Shown: piece after piece, positions 9,105 to 18,367 of the stretch
How the letters are laid out: every line of letters begins with the position of its first letter
Position numbering within the stretch: the stretch's first letter is position 1
Origin: a bacterium
Lineage (GTDB): Bacteria; Patescibacteriota; SICC01
Length of the DNA stretch: 54,037 bases
Direction: 5' to 3'
NCBI GenBank assembly: GCA_030699935.1
Contig: JAUYKS010000014.1
Span: 1-54,037 of the forward strand
The notes under the pieces: generated by a model
The model's database searches: none
Seen by the model: the letters and a program-made list of their open reading frames with translations, nothing else
What the model was told of the DNA's origin: nothing
Position numbers and translations under genes: made by a program

Positions 9105-9662
9105 ATGGACTTCCTCCGCCACCTCGACTACCTGATCGTGAAGGCCGCCTCGGAGGCGGGCCGGACCGAACCGTACCGCGACGCCGTCGTGTACTTCTTC
9201 GCGGAGCTGCTGCCGTACTTTTTCATCCTCGCCGCGATTGGGATTTACTTCAGCGGGCGCACGCCGCGCCAGAAGGAAAAAGCGCACGATACGGTTTTTG
9301 CGATGGTGGGTGCGTTCCTGCTGGCAATCGGTTTGGTCTGGCTGCTGCATGACGTATGGTTCCGCGAACGGCCGTTCGTGACGCATCAGCTGCACTACCT
9401 TAAACTGGTCGGCCCTCAGCTGAGTTCCTTTCCGAGCGGACACGCGATGATGTTGTTCGCCCCCGCCGGGACCGTGTATTTCATCGGGAACTTTCCGAAG
9501 TGGGGGAAGATCCTCCTCCTGCTAGCGACGTTGGTCGTCGTCGCCCGCGTCTTCGCCGGCGTGCACTACCTCAGCGACGTGACGATCGGGGCCGGGCTCG
9601 GGATCGGCATCGGCAAGCTGGTCAGCTGGCAGAGCAAGTCGCTCTCCCGCGACATGCGCTGA
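9105..9662 (+). CDS. PAP2 family phosphatase (BcrC-like undecaprenyl-PP phosphatase)
   Basis: RERPF, SSFPSGH and RVFAGVHYLSDV motifs; TM helices. Confidence 0.9.
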   Translation: MDFLRHLDYLIVKAASEAGRTEPYRDAVVYFFAELLPYFFILAAIGIYFSGRTPRQKEKAHDTVFAMVGAFLLAIGLVWLLHDVWFRERPFVTHQLHYLKLVGPQLSSFPSGHAMMLFAPAGTVYFIGNFPKWGKILLLLATLVVVARVFAGVHYLSDVTIGAGLGIGIGKLVSWQSKSLSRDMR

Positions 9663-9755
9663 GCTGAGTGGATGTCGAGCCTGGATATCTGGAAAAAACG
9701 CTTGGTTACGCTTATACTGTAGGCATTCCCGGCTTACCTTCACAGGAGGTGGGAT

Positions 9756-10004
9756 ATGAAGACGGTCATCGTCGGGATAGTGCTCTTCATATCGCTGATT
9801 CTATTCGCTGGCATCAAGTTGGCCATCGAACTGAATGTGCTTTAGCGGGTCTTCCTGACGGCAGTATCCGTCGCGGTCGCGACGGCGGTTCTGGAAAATG
9901 GAGAAACGGAAAGGACGTTTAAATGGAAAGCCACTTGCAAGCAATCGAAGGAGGAGGCGTACAGGAGCCCCATCTGGTCCGGTGGATCGGACGAGGACTC
10001 ATAA
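9756..10004 (+). pseudogene. small membrane protein ORF interrupted by an in-frame TAG (9843-9845)
   Basis: AGGAGGT SD; MKTVIVGIVLFISLILFAGIKLAIELNVL*RVFLTAVSVAVATAVL...; final TAA overlaps the next ATG (TAATG). Confidence 0.5.
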
Positions 10005-10342
10005 TGGTCTGGGCGGCGTTGTTGGTACTCGCCACGTTCCAAAGCCAGATCGAATCATCCTCGGGCGTGGTTTTCATGGGTGCGGTGTCCTGGGTGTTTC
10101 TTCTCGCAGGCTGCGCCCTAACGGTCTGGGATCCGGTTTCCAAGCGGACGAACGACATCATGTTCAGGGTCGTACTTGCCGTGCCGGCGCCGATCTTGCT
10201 GGTCAGCGTCTACTGGTTGTGTACCGGCTTTCTGAGACTTCCGCTCCCGCTTTCGATCGCGTTGGCCGTGCTCACGGGCAGTACAACAGCGATCCTGGGC
10301 CTGATGGTCCGGAAGGTCACGGCCAAGTACACTCGCGGGTGA
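10004..10342 (+). CDS. hypothetical membrane protein
   Basis: About four hydrophobic helices; start probably 10004 (TAATG coupling), ORF open from 9923. Confidence 0.6.
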   Translation: MVWAALLVLATFQSQIESSSGVVFMGAVSWVFLLAGCALTVWDPVSKRTNDIMFRVVLAVPAPILLVSVYWLCTGFLRLPLPLSIALAVLTGSTTAILGLMVRKVTAKYTRG

Positions 10343-10523
10343 TGCCCGTCACCGGATGCTCATACGCCACGCCCTGCGGCAACCCTTATGAGCTCCCTTG
10401 AGCGGCTATCTATCAATCCCACTTCGCTGACGCGAAGGACCGGATGATAGGTGGCCGCTCTTAAATTTCTTCGTAATTTTGCGCGCAGGCACCTCGCCGC
10501 CGAGCAGGTACACTGGAGTCCGT

Positions 10524-11309
10524 ATGGACTATCTGTACGCTACGATCCTCGGCATCATCCAGGGACTGACCGAGTTCCTGCCGATTTCCTCGACCGGCCA
10601 CCTGGCGTTGACCCAGGAATACCTTCGGCTCGACCAGGCGGTGTTCGGGCTCCAGTTCGACGCGGCGATCCAGCTCGGCACCACCGTCGCCGTAATCTGG
10701 TTCTTCCGGAACGACTTTTGGAACCTGTTCCGGCATTGGCGGCGGCCGGCCGAAAAACGGTTGTTGCTTTCGCTGGGGGTCGCCACGCTGCCGGCGCTGG
10801 TAATCGGCGCGGGACTGGAGCGGCAGATCGAAGGGCCGTTCCGCGATCCGGCGGTGATCGCGACGGCGCTGGTAATCGGCGCGTTCGTATTCTTCGCGGT
10901 GGAGCGCGTCGCCAAACAGCGGCGCGGCGTGGAGAAGGCGACTTGGAAGGATGCCCTGGCGATCGGGTTCGCGCAGGCGCTGGCGCTGGTGCCGGGCGTC
11001 TCGCGTTCGGGCGCAACGATCTCGGCCGGCATGCTGCTCGGCCTCAAGCGCGAGGCCGCCGCCCGCTTCGCCTTCCTGCTTTCGGTCCCGATCATCGCGG
11101 CGGCCGGCGGCAAGAAGCTGGTCGAGATCGTCCGGGAGCCGGGCCAGGCCGACCGGCTCGACATCACGTTGGTCGGCCTGGTCGTCTCCGGGATCGTCGG
11201 TTACGCGACGATCAAGTACCTACTCAAGTTCCTGGCGCACCATCGGCTGGACGTCTTCGCGTGGTATCGGCTGGTCCTCGCCGGCGTGATCGTTCTGACC
11301 CTGTTGTAA
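10524..11309 (+). CDS. uppP: undecaprenyl-diphosphate phosphatase
   Basis: GIIQGLTEFLPISSTGHL and ALVPGVSRSGATI BacA motifs. Confidence 0.96.
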   Translation: MDYLYATILGIIQGLTEFLPISSTGHLALTQEYLRLDQAVFGLQFDAAIQLGTTVAVIWFFRNDFWNLFRHWRRPAEKRLLLSLGVATLPALVIGAGLERQIEGPFRDPAVIATALVIGAFVFFAVERVAKQRRGVEKATWKDALAIGFAQALALVPGVSRSGATISAGMLLGLKREAAARFAFLLSVPIIAAAGGKKLVEIVREPGQADRLDITLVGLVVSGIVGYATIKYLLKFLAHHRLDVFAWYRLVLAGVIVLTLL

Positions 11310-11332
11310 ATCGTTGAGGTAAACTGGGAGGC

Positions 11333-11953
11333 ATGGTGACTGAACTGATCGAATGGGTGTCGGGCCTGGCGACCGGTCTGATCGAAGCGTTCGGGTATCT
11401 CGGGATTTTCCTGGGGATGGCGATCGAGTCGATTAATATCCCGCTGCCGTCGGAAGTCCTGATGACGTTTTCCGGAGCGCTGGTTGCCAAGGGCGAGTTC
11501 AGCTTCTGGCCGGTCGTGCTGATCGGCGCACTCGGCAACGTAGTCGGATCCGTCGGGAACTACTACCTGGCGGCGTACGGCGGGCGGCCGCTGTTCGAGA
11601 AGTACGGAAAGTACGTCCTGGTGCACAAGCGCGACTTGGAAACCGCCGACCGCTGGTTCGCCAAGTACGGCCTGGCGACGGTGTTCTTCACCAGAATGCT
11701 GCCGGTGGTCAGGACGTTCATCTCGTTCCCGGCCGGTCTCTCGCGAGTGCGACTGGTGCCGTTCGTGCTGCTGACGTTCGCCGGCTCGTTCATCTGGTCG
11801 GCGCTGCTGACCTATCTCGGCTTCTACTTCGGCGAGAACTATGAAGCGCGGATCCGGCCGATCTTCAAGCAGTTCGACCTGGCGATCGGAGCGGCGCTGG
11901 TGCTGCTGGTCGTCTGGTATGTCGCACGGCACCTGCGATTACGCCGGCACTGA
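11333..11953 (+). CDS. DedA family membrane protein
   Basis: ESINIPLPSE, WFAKYG...FTRMLPVVRTFISFPAG. Confidence 0.93.
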   Translation: MVTELIEWVSGLATGLIEAFGYLGIFLGMAIESINIPLPSEVLMTFSGALVAKGEFSFWPVVLIGALGNVVGSVGNYYLAAYGGRPLFEKYGKYVLVHKRDLETADRWFAKYGLATVFFTRMLPVVRTFISFPAGLSRVRLVPFVLLTFAGSFIWSALLTYLGFYFGENYEARIRPIFKQFDLAIGAALVLLVVWYVARHLRLRRH

Positions 11954-11992
11954 TTCCGAGCCAGCACCGGTAGGTAGTGGATCGCCTATACA

Positions 11993-12098
11993 TCTTTTTC
12001 GTTACTTCCAAACATCTGCAATCTTTTGCAGATGTTTTACAGAAACATTGCAGATCTTTTGCAGATGTTTTGTAGATTCTCGGAAGTAACGAAAAAGA
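11993..12098. repeat. AT-rich element with perfect 17-bp terminal inverted repeats and two internal hairpin repeats
   Basis: TCTTTTTCGTTACTTCC (11993-12009) / GGAAGTAACGAAAAAGA (12082-12098); ATCTTTTGCAGATGTTTT at 12021 and 12054. Confidence 0.85.
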
Positions 12099-12232
12099 AC
12101 TCCCTAGGTCCAACGGAACCGCACCGTATCGCGAGGCGTCCAACGGGAATCCGTCCAGTCAGTCGGGCGGAACGGAGCGTGATCAAAAAAGATCGGACGC
12201 TCCGTCCCGGGTTCCCCACTGCACTGCTATCT

Positions 12233-12568
12233 CTAATTTCCTTGCCAATTTTGCCGGGGCTGATCTCTCGTGGCGTTCCGGCGCCGTCTGGTAAGTCGGC
12301 TGACGATCAGCAACAGTCCGGCAGCTGCCGCGCACAACGCCACGATCCGGATTTGCTGGTAGTAGCTCGATCCGAGTGTGGCGATTCCGAACATGATGAT
12401 GCCGATGGCAAAGACCGGTCCACCGGCGCTTTTGTGGATCCGGCCGATGAACAGGGCCGCGAAGCACAGGAACAGTCCGACGGTCCAGCCGAATTCGGCG
12501 TACGTCGCCGGATCGGCCGCGACCAGGAGCAGGTACAACACCGCGAGTCCTACGATGAAACGGGTCAT
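12233..12568 (-). CDS. hypothetical membrane protein
   Basis: 111 aa, about four hydrophobic helices, basic tail; AAAGGAAA before ATG. Confidence 0.7.
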   Translation of the reverse strand: MTRFIVGLAVLYLLLVAADPATYAEFGWTVGLFLCFAALFIGRIHKSAGGPVFAIGIIMFGIATLGSSYYQQIRIVALCAAAAGLLLIVSRLTRRRRNATRDQPRQNWQGN

Positions 12569-12715
12569 CGGTTTCCTTTCTTAGACGCAGACACAGAAAA
12601 CTCAGATTGAAACAGTCGAAGCAATGGGGGAGTGACTGGGCGGATTTTCAAAGGGCGGGGAAATGCGGGGTGACCCAAAAAAGTACCATAACTAAGGCTA
12701 TTTCTCAAACCAGTC

Positions 12716-13114
12716 TCAAACCAGGTCGAGCGCGAAGATCGAAAACACGAAGGCCGCGGCCAAGGTCAGGAACAAGGCGAACAGCAAGGCGGACAGGCGC
12801 GGGTGCGTCTTCACGAACCGCACCACCGCTTTGCTGAACGAGCTGTCTTTGGCACGGTCGGCGTGTTCCAGCGCGACGCCGAGTAACCGCTCCGCCCAAT
12901 GGAACTCCAACGCGAGCAGGTACAGCCCGACCAGGATGACCGCGAGGCCCGGTCCCGGCAAGACGAGCATCAGCAGTCCCGCGACGACGACCACGACGCC
13001 GGCCGCGATCGTCAATCCGCGGATAGCCTTGTGGCGCTGCCGGTGGTTGTGCCGGTTGTCGCGCAACCGTTTTACCAGCGCGAACCGTGACCCTCGTTTC
13101 GGTGCATGTGCCAT
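12716..13114 (-). CDS. PGPGW-type (TIGR02611-like) membrane protein
   Basis: GLLMLVLPGPGLAVILVGLYLLALEFHWA signature. Confidence 0.8.
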   Translation of the reverse strand: MAHAPKRGSRFALVKRLRDNRHNHRQRHKAIRGLTIAAGVVVVVAGLLMLVLPGPGLAVILVGLYLLALEFHWAERLLGVALEHADRAKDSSFSKAVVRFVKTHPRLSALLFALFLTLAAAFVFSIFALDLV

Positions 13115-13139
13115 GCGACCGGATGATACACTAAATCCC

Positions 13140-13505
13140 GTGGCTTCCCGTAATAAGCTGGCATTCTACTACTTCGCAGGCGCGGTGACCTTGTTCGCGT
13201 CCGGATACGGCCTGGCTTGGTTCTCCGAGCAACCGCTGTTCTCCAAGGAGGTCTTCCCACAGGGTGCCCGCCAGGAACCGAAGGCCGAACCGAGCCGGAC
13301 GCCGCTGCCCGACGAGGGCACCCAGGCCGAGGCCACGGCCTCGGTGAAGCCGGGCCGGCAATACGAGGTCCAGCCGGGCGACACGATCAGTTCGGTGGCG
13401 GAGGCGAACGACCTCGGCTTCGAAGAGCTGGCCAAGTACAACGGCATCCCGTATCCGTACAACCTGGCCGTCGGCCAGGTCATCGTGATTCCGGAAAGCA
13501 AATAA
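13140..13505 (+). CDS. LysM domain membrane-anchored protein
   Basis: N-terminal TM helix; YEVQPGDTISSVA...LAKYNGI...LAVGQVIVIP; GTG start 7 nt after TACACT. Confidence 0.85.
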   Translation: MASRNKLAFYYFAGAVTLFASGYGLAWFSEQPLFSKEVFPQGARQEPKAEPSRTPLPDEGTQAEATASVKPGRQYEVQPGDTISSVAEANDLGFEELAKYNGIPYPYNLAVGQVIVIPESK

Positions 13506-13517
13506 TTCAGGCCTCTC

Positions 13518-14789
13518 ATGAAACCCCCATACGAAGTCCGCACCCTGCCGAACGGCCTGACCGTCCTGACCGTGCCGCGCGAAGGCACAGAAGCCGCGAC
13601 GGTCAACTTCCTGTTCCGCGGCGGCAGCCGGTACGAATCGCCGGAGACCAACGGGCTGGCGCACTTCAACGAACACATGGTGTTCAAGGGTGGCCAGCGG
13701 TACCCGGACTACCGGGCGGTCCGGAAGGCGTTCGACCAGATTGGGGCCGTCAACAACGCCTACACCGGCGAGGAGATCACGGGTTTTTGGGCGAAGACGC
13801 CGGCGGCGCATATCCTCGACGTTGTCGACGTTTGGAGCGACGTACTGACCTCTGCGAAATACGACGCGGCGGAGCTCGACAAGGAGCGCGGCGTGATCAT
13901 CGAGGAGATCAACATGTACGAGGACGACCCGGCCTCGGACATTTCCCACGTGTTGGAAGCGGTCACTTTCCCCGGCCATCCGCTGGGCCGCCCGACGCTC
14001 GGCCCGAAGGAAAACATCCGGCGGTTCACCCCGGAGGATTTCCGGTCGTACAACCGGCGGCACCAGACGCCGGACCGCGGCGTGTTGGTGATCGCCGGCA
14101 ACTTGGATTTGCTTGATCACGCGGCGCTGGACGCGAAGGTCGCCGCGTTCGCCGGTTCGAGCGACGTCACGCCGGAGCCGGCCCGGTTCGGACCGGACGA
14201 GCCGCGACTCAAACTGAAGAAGAAAAAGACGGAGCAGTCGCATCTCGCCTTCGCGCTGCGGGGACCGTCTTTGCGCGATCAAGCGAAGCACGCGACTTTC
14301 TCCCTGTTGGCCCAGGTGCTGGGGAGCCCCAGCGGGCGGCTGTTCGACGAAGTCCGCGAAAAGCGCGGCCTGGCGTATTACGTATATGCCGTGCCGGATC
14401 AGCTCACGGACGCTGGCGTGCTTGTGATTTGCGCCGGAGTCCGGAACGACCAAGCCGTCGAGGCGACCAAGGCGATCATCGGCGAGCTGAAACGGCTCAG
14501 CGGCGGCGACCTTCCGGAATCGGAGTTCTCGGTGATCCGCGAATCGCTCCTGGGGAAGTTGGCGCTGCGCTGGGAAGACTCCCAGGCGCTGGCCGAACAC
14601 TACGGCCGGCAGCAGCTTTTGCTGGGCAAGGTCAAGTCGACCAAAGAGGTGCTGGCGGAGTTGAAGGCGGTGACGCCGGAGCAGGTCGTGGCGCTGGCCA
14701 AGGAGATCATCCGCGACGAGAACCTGACGATGGCCGCGATCGGCCCGCAGGACGAGGCGAAGCTGCACACGGAACTGACGTTCAAATAG
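13518..14789 (+). CDS. M16 (pitrilysin) family zinc peptidase
   Basis: GLAHFNEHMVFKG (HxxEH), NAYT, KERGVIIEE, RLFDEVREKRGLAY. Confidence 0.95.
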   Translation: MKPPYEVRTLPNGLTVLTVPREGTEAATVNFLFRGGSRYESPETNGLAHFNEHMVFKGGQRYPDYRAVRKAFDQIGAVNNAYTGEEITGFWAKTPAAHILDVVDVWSDVLTSAKYDAAELDKERGVIIEEINMYEDDPASDISHVLEAVTFPGHPLGRPTLGPKENIRRFTPEDFRSYNRRHQTPDRGVLVIAGNLDLLDHAALDAKVAAFAGSSDVTPEPARFGPDEPRLKLKKKKTEQSHLAFALRGPSLRDQAKHATFSLLAQVLGSPSGRLFDEVREKRGLAYYVYAVPDQLTDAGVLVICAGVRNDQAVEATKAIIGELKRLSGGDLPESEFSVIRESLLGKLALRWEDSQALAEHYGRQQLLLGKVKSTKEVLAELKAVTPEQVVALAKEIIRDENLTMAAIGPQDEAKLHTELTFK

Positions 14790-14829
14790 CCGACGTTCAA
14801 ATAGCCGAACTGCGGTAAGCTAATACGGT

Positions 14830-15426
14830 ATGAAAAAGATCAAACAGGAACGGACGCTCGTCTTGATGAAGCCGGACGGCGTGATGCGCGGGCTGACCGG
14901 CGAGGTGATCAAACGGATCGAGCGGCGCGGACTCAAGGTAGTCGCGCTGAAGATGGTGCAGGTCGACCGGAAGCATCTCGAGAATCATTTTCCGAAGGAA
15001 GACAGCTGGGTGGAGCGGCTCGGCGAGAAGGGCCTGAAGACGTTCGCCGAATACAAGCTCGATCCGAAGCAGCACATGGGTACCGACGACAAGAAGGAGA
15101 TCGGCAAAGTCGTCAAAGAGAGCCTGTTCGATTACATGACCAGCGGCCCGGTCGTGGCGATGGTGATTGAGGGCATCCACGCGATCGACATGGTCCGCAA
15201 GCTGGCCGGCCACACGCTGCCGGCGTTTGCGGAAATGGGCACGATCCGCGGTGACTTCTCGGTGGATTCGCCGGCGGTCGCCAACGTCGAGAAGCGCGCG
15301 GTCAAGAACATCATGCACGCATCGGAAACGCCGGAGGAGGCGAAGAACGAGATCGACCTCTGGTTCGAGAAGGACGAGATCCACGACTACCGGCGCGCCG
15401 AAGAATCCGTCGCGTTCGATGCCTGA
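14830..15426 (+). CDS. ndk: nucleoside diphosphate kinase
   Basis: ERTLVLMKPDGV, SGPVVAMV, GTIRGDF, NIMHAS. Confidence 0.95.
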   Translation: MKKIKQERTLVLMKPDGVMRGLTGEVIKRIERRGLKVVALKMVQVDRKHLENHFPKEDSWVERLGEKGLKTFAEYKLDPKQHMGTDDKKEIGKVVKESLFDYMTSGPVVAMVIEGIHAIDMVRKLAGHTLPAFAEMGTIRGDFSVDSPAVANVEKRAVKNIMHASETPEEAKNEIDLWFEKDEIHDYRRAEESVAFDA

Positions 15427-16042
15427 CGACTACAAGGAGGTCACCCGAGCGACGTACGACGTCGTTGCCGATAGCTATGCCAAGCGCGACAAAGGGTCGG
15501 TGGACGAGTCTGACGATGTCCACGCTGCTCTGAACGAGTTCGCATCGCTGCTCCAGCCGAATGCCAGAGTGCTCGACACCGGATGCGCCGCCGGTCGTGA
15601 CTCCTACTTCCTAGATCGGTTCGGTTTTCGGGTGACCGGCATCGATTTCTCGCCAGAGATGGTCGAACGCGCCAAGCGCACCGTTCCCGGGGCGACGTTC
15701 AAGGTCATGGACTTCGAGGAACTGCCGTTCACGAATGAGTTCGACGCCGTCTGGGCGAACGCCTCGCTGCACCATATTCCAAAGCGTAACCTTCCGGTGG
15801 TACTCGCGGCGATCAACCGTGCACTCAAACCGGGCGGCTATTTTTTCATCAAGGTCAAACACGGTGCGGCCGACAGCATCCGCGAGAACGAAAAGTTCGG
15901 CGGCAAAATCAAACGCTACTTCGCGTTCTACCAAAACGACGAATTGCATCGGCTACTGGAGGAGGCAGGATTCTCAATCCTCTCGATCAAGAACACCACT
16001 CAGGACGAGTGGGTGGAAGCCACGGCGGAAAAACCTGCTTAA
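15419..16042 (+). CDS. class I SAM-dependent methyltransferase
   Basis: VLDTGCAAGRD, GIDFS, FDAVWANASLHH, LKPGG; start MPDDYK overlaps the ndk end. Confidence 0.9.
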   Translation: MPDDYKEVTRATYDVVADSYAKRDKGSVDESDDVHAALNEFASLLQPNARVLDTGCAAGRDSYFLDRFGFRVTGIDFSPEMVERAKRTVPGATFKVMDFEELPFTNEFDAVWANASLHHIPKRNLPVVLAAINRALKPGGYFFIKVKHGAADSIRENEKFGGKIKRYFAFYQNDELHRLLEEAGFSILSIKNTTQDEWVEATAEKPA

Positions 16043-16131
16043 TAAAGACGGGGTAGACGCGACGCTACTGCTCTGCAAGCAGCGTGACACAAAGGCCAAC
16101 GGCTGGATCAGGGACTACAATAAGTAAGTAG

Positions 16132-16203
16132 GCCCTCGTAGTTCAATGGATAGAACGCTGGCGTCCTAAGCCATGGATGGAGGTTCGAATCCTCCCGAGG
16201 GCT
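16132..16203 (+). tRNA. tRNA-Arg(CCT)
   Basis: Acceptor GCCCTCG/CGAGGGC, D arm GTTC/GAAC, anticodon loop GTCCTAA, T arm GGAGG-TTCGAAT-CCTCC; no encoded CCA. Confidence 0.88.
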
Positions 16204-16243
16204 CAACGTAAACCGGTCGCAGGAAATCCGTTAGAATGACCGC

Positions 16244-16414
16244 GTGAAAGAAAAAACGCGAAAACGCATCCACTTGGCGGTGATTTGGATCCTGCTGTTG
16301 CTCTTCGCGGCCAGCGGCGTCCTGCTCTACCTGCCGACCACCCAAGATGCCGACCCGTCGGCGAGCCCGGCACCGGCACAGCAACAACAGCAGCAAGCCC
16401 CGTTCGGGTATTAA
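16244..16414 (+). CDS. small single-pass membrane protein (56 aa, not in ORF track)
   Basis: GTG start 6 nt after TAGAAT; MKEKTRKRIHLAVIWILLLLFAASGVLLYL...QQQQQQAPFGY*. Confidence 0.7.
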   Translation: MKEKTRKRIHLAVIWILLLLFAASGVLLYLPTTQDADPSASPAPAQQQQQQAPFGY

Positions 16415-16440
16415 TCCCGGGCTTTGAACCGGCCGCGACC

Positions 16441-17130
16441 ATGCTGAACCCGTTCGACATCACCATCCAGAACCAGGCCGAAGACGAGGAGATCGTCCGG
16501 GTCTGGCGCCATCATCCCGTCACGCTGGTCCCGCCGGCGTTCCGCGTGCTGGCGTTCGCCCTGATCCCGCTGGTCTTGCTGTTGATCACCGGATTCGCGA
16601 TTTTCGGGAGCCCTTGGCTGTTCGGACTGTTCGTCGTGATCGTGGCGTTGGTGGTGACCTACGCCGCGTATGAGTGGGTCAGCTGGTGGGGCGACGTCTA
16701 TATCCTCACCAACTACCGGATCATCGACGTGGAGCAGCGCGGGTTCTTCCACCGGAATTTCGCCGAGACGACCCTCGACAAGATCCAGGACATCTCCCAC
16801 GAGATATCCGGGTTCCTGCCGACGGTCTTCGACTTCGGTACCGTACTGGTGCAGACGGCGGGATCGCTGGCGAACATCGACATGAACGACGTCCGGAAGC
16901 CGCAGCAGCAGGCGGTGTACCTGCTGCGGGCGCAGCAGGCGTATCTCGAGAACGATAACAAGGACATCTCCGCCAAGGAGCTGATCGAGCTGCTGACCAA
17001 GCATCGCTCGCGGCTGGACGACCTGGCGGAGGAAGACCGCAAGCAACGCCAAGCGCACGCCGACAAGCAGGTCGACCGGAACCGGCGCGGCGGCGGGAAA
17101 AGCGGCGGCGGAAAACATAAGGAGCGATGA
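16441..17130 (+). CDS. bacterial PH (bPH_2)-domain membrane protein
   Basis: Two TM helices, then YILTNYRIIDVEQRGFF...KIQDI...FDFGTVLVQTAG; start MLNPF. Confidence 0.85.
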   Translation: MLNPFDITIQNQAEDEEIVRVWRHHPVTLVPPAFRVLAFALIPLVLLLITGFAIFGSPWLFGLFVVIVALVVTYAAYEWVSWWGDVYILTNYRIIDVEQRGFFHRNFAETTLDKIQDISHEISGFLPTVFDFGTVLVQTAGSLANIDMNDVRKPQQQAVYLLRAQQAYLENDNKDISAKELIELLTKHRSRLDDLAEEDRKQRQAHADKQVDRNRRGGGKSGGGKHKER

Positions 17131-18311
17131 GCGTCCGGATCGCCGTCAACGGCCTGTTCCTGGCGCGGCCGCACACCGGCATGGGGCGCTACACCCTCGG
17201 ACTGCTCGGAGCGCTGCCGGCCGCGATGCGAGATGCCGAGTTCGTCGTCTTCGTACCGGATAAGCTGCCTCGCTCGCTGAAGCTGCCCAGCGCCGTCCGG
17301 ACCGTCGTGGTCCCGATCGGACGTTCGCTGCTCGGCCGCGGCAAGGCGATCGACGAGTGGGAGCGGAGCAAACTGGGACTGGCGGCCAGCCAACTCAAGG
17401 CGCATCTGATCTTCCAGCCGTATCCGACGCCGCCGATCCGGAATCCCTACAAGGTTCCCGTCGTGATGGCGGTGCACGACGTGATTCCCTGGCAGCTGCC
17501 ACGATACCGCCGCGCGCTCCGCAGCCGGCTGAAGCTCCGCGGCGTCCTCGACGGCATCCGCCGTGCCGATCGGATAGTCACGGTCAGCCGGACGTCCGCC
17601 AAGGCGATCACCTGGGCGAGCCAGGTCCCGGCCGAGCGGATCAGCGTTACATATGAGGGCTTGGAGCCGGCCTACTCCAAGCAGCCGGCTTCCGCCGCCA
17701 TGGCCGCGGTCCGCAAGCGGTTCGGCCTGCAGCGGCCGTTCGTCCTCTACGTCGGCGGCTATGACTACCGGAAGAACGTCCGCCGCCTGATCCAGGGATT
17801 CGCCGAGTCGGGCCTAGCGGGCGGTTCCGGCGGCTCCGGAAAGTCCGCCGGACACGACCTGGTCCTGGCCGGCGCCGTTACGGCGCCGGCCTCCGCGCTG
17901 TACGAGGACTTCCACAAATTGCCGCAGCTGATCGCCCAAGCCGGCATCGGGCGGCGGACCAAGGTACTCGGGTTCGTTTCCGAGGCGGACAAGCGGACGC
18001 TGCTGGCGGCGGCGGACGCGTTCGCGTTTCCGTCCCTGGCCGAAGGGTTCGGGCTGCCGATCCTCGAGGCGCTGGCGGCGGAGACTCCCGTCGCGGCCTC
18101 CGACATCCCGATCAACCAGGAACTGTTTCCCGGCGCCTATGAACCGTTCCGCCCGGACCGGACGGACGAATTGGCGAAGGCCCTCCGCGACGCGGCCCTC
18201 GAACCGGATTCCGCTAAGGTCGCCCGCGGGACCGAAGCCGTAGCCAGGTACACCTGGCCGGCCGCCGCCGAGCGCACCGCGGCGGCTTTCACTCAGCTAC
18301 TCGAAAAATGA
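17127..18311 (+). CDS. GT4 family glycosyltransferase
   Basis: TGMGRY, VHDVIP, YVGGYDYRKN, FPSLAEGFGLPILEA. Confidence 0.93.
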   Translation: MSVRIAVNGLFLARPHTGMGRYTLGLLGALPAAMRDAEFVVFVPDKLPRSLKLPSAVRTVVVPIGRSLLGRGKAIDEWERSKLGLAASQLKAHLIFQPYPTPPIRNPYKVPVVMAVHDVIPWQLPRYRRALRSRLKLRGVLDGIRRADRIVTVSRTSAKAITWASQVPAERISVTYEGLEPAYSKQPASAAMAAVRKRFGLQRPFVLYVGGYDYRKNVRRLIQGFAESGLAGGSGGSGKSAGHDLVLAGAVTAPASALYEDFHKLPQLIAQAGIGRRTKVLGFVSEADKRTLLAAADAFAFPSLAEGFGLPILEALAAETPVAASDIPINQELFPGAYEPFRPDRTDELAKALRDAALEPDSAKVARGTEAVARYTWPAAAERTAAAFTQLLEK

Positions 18312-18367
18312 CGCTTGCGGTAGGTAACGATGCGACCGTATACTCTAAGCATTAAGGGGAATTACCC

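Noticed and set aside
11993-12150. Mini CRISPR array
   Set aside because: Only two 18-bp repeats with a 15-nt gap and no cas genes
13131-14768. Long antisense or alternate-frame ORFs (also 45310-46692, 34896-36257, 38184-39809, 18418-19791)
   Set aside because: Shadow ORFs expected from high-GC codon bias over clearly identified genes
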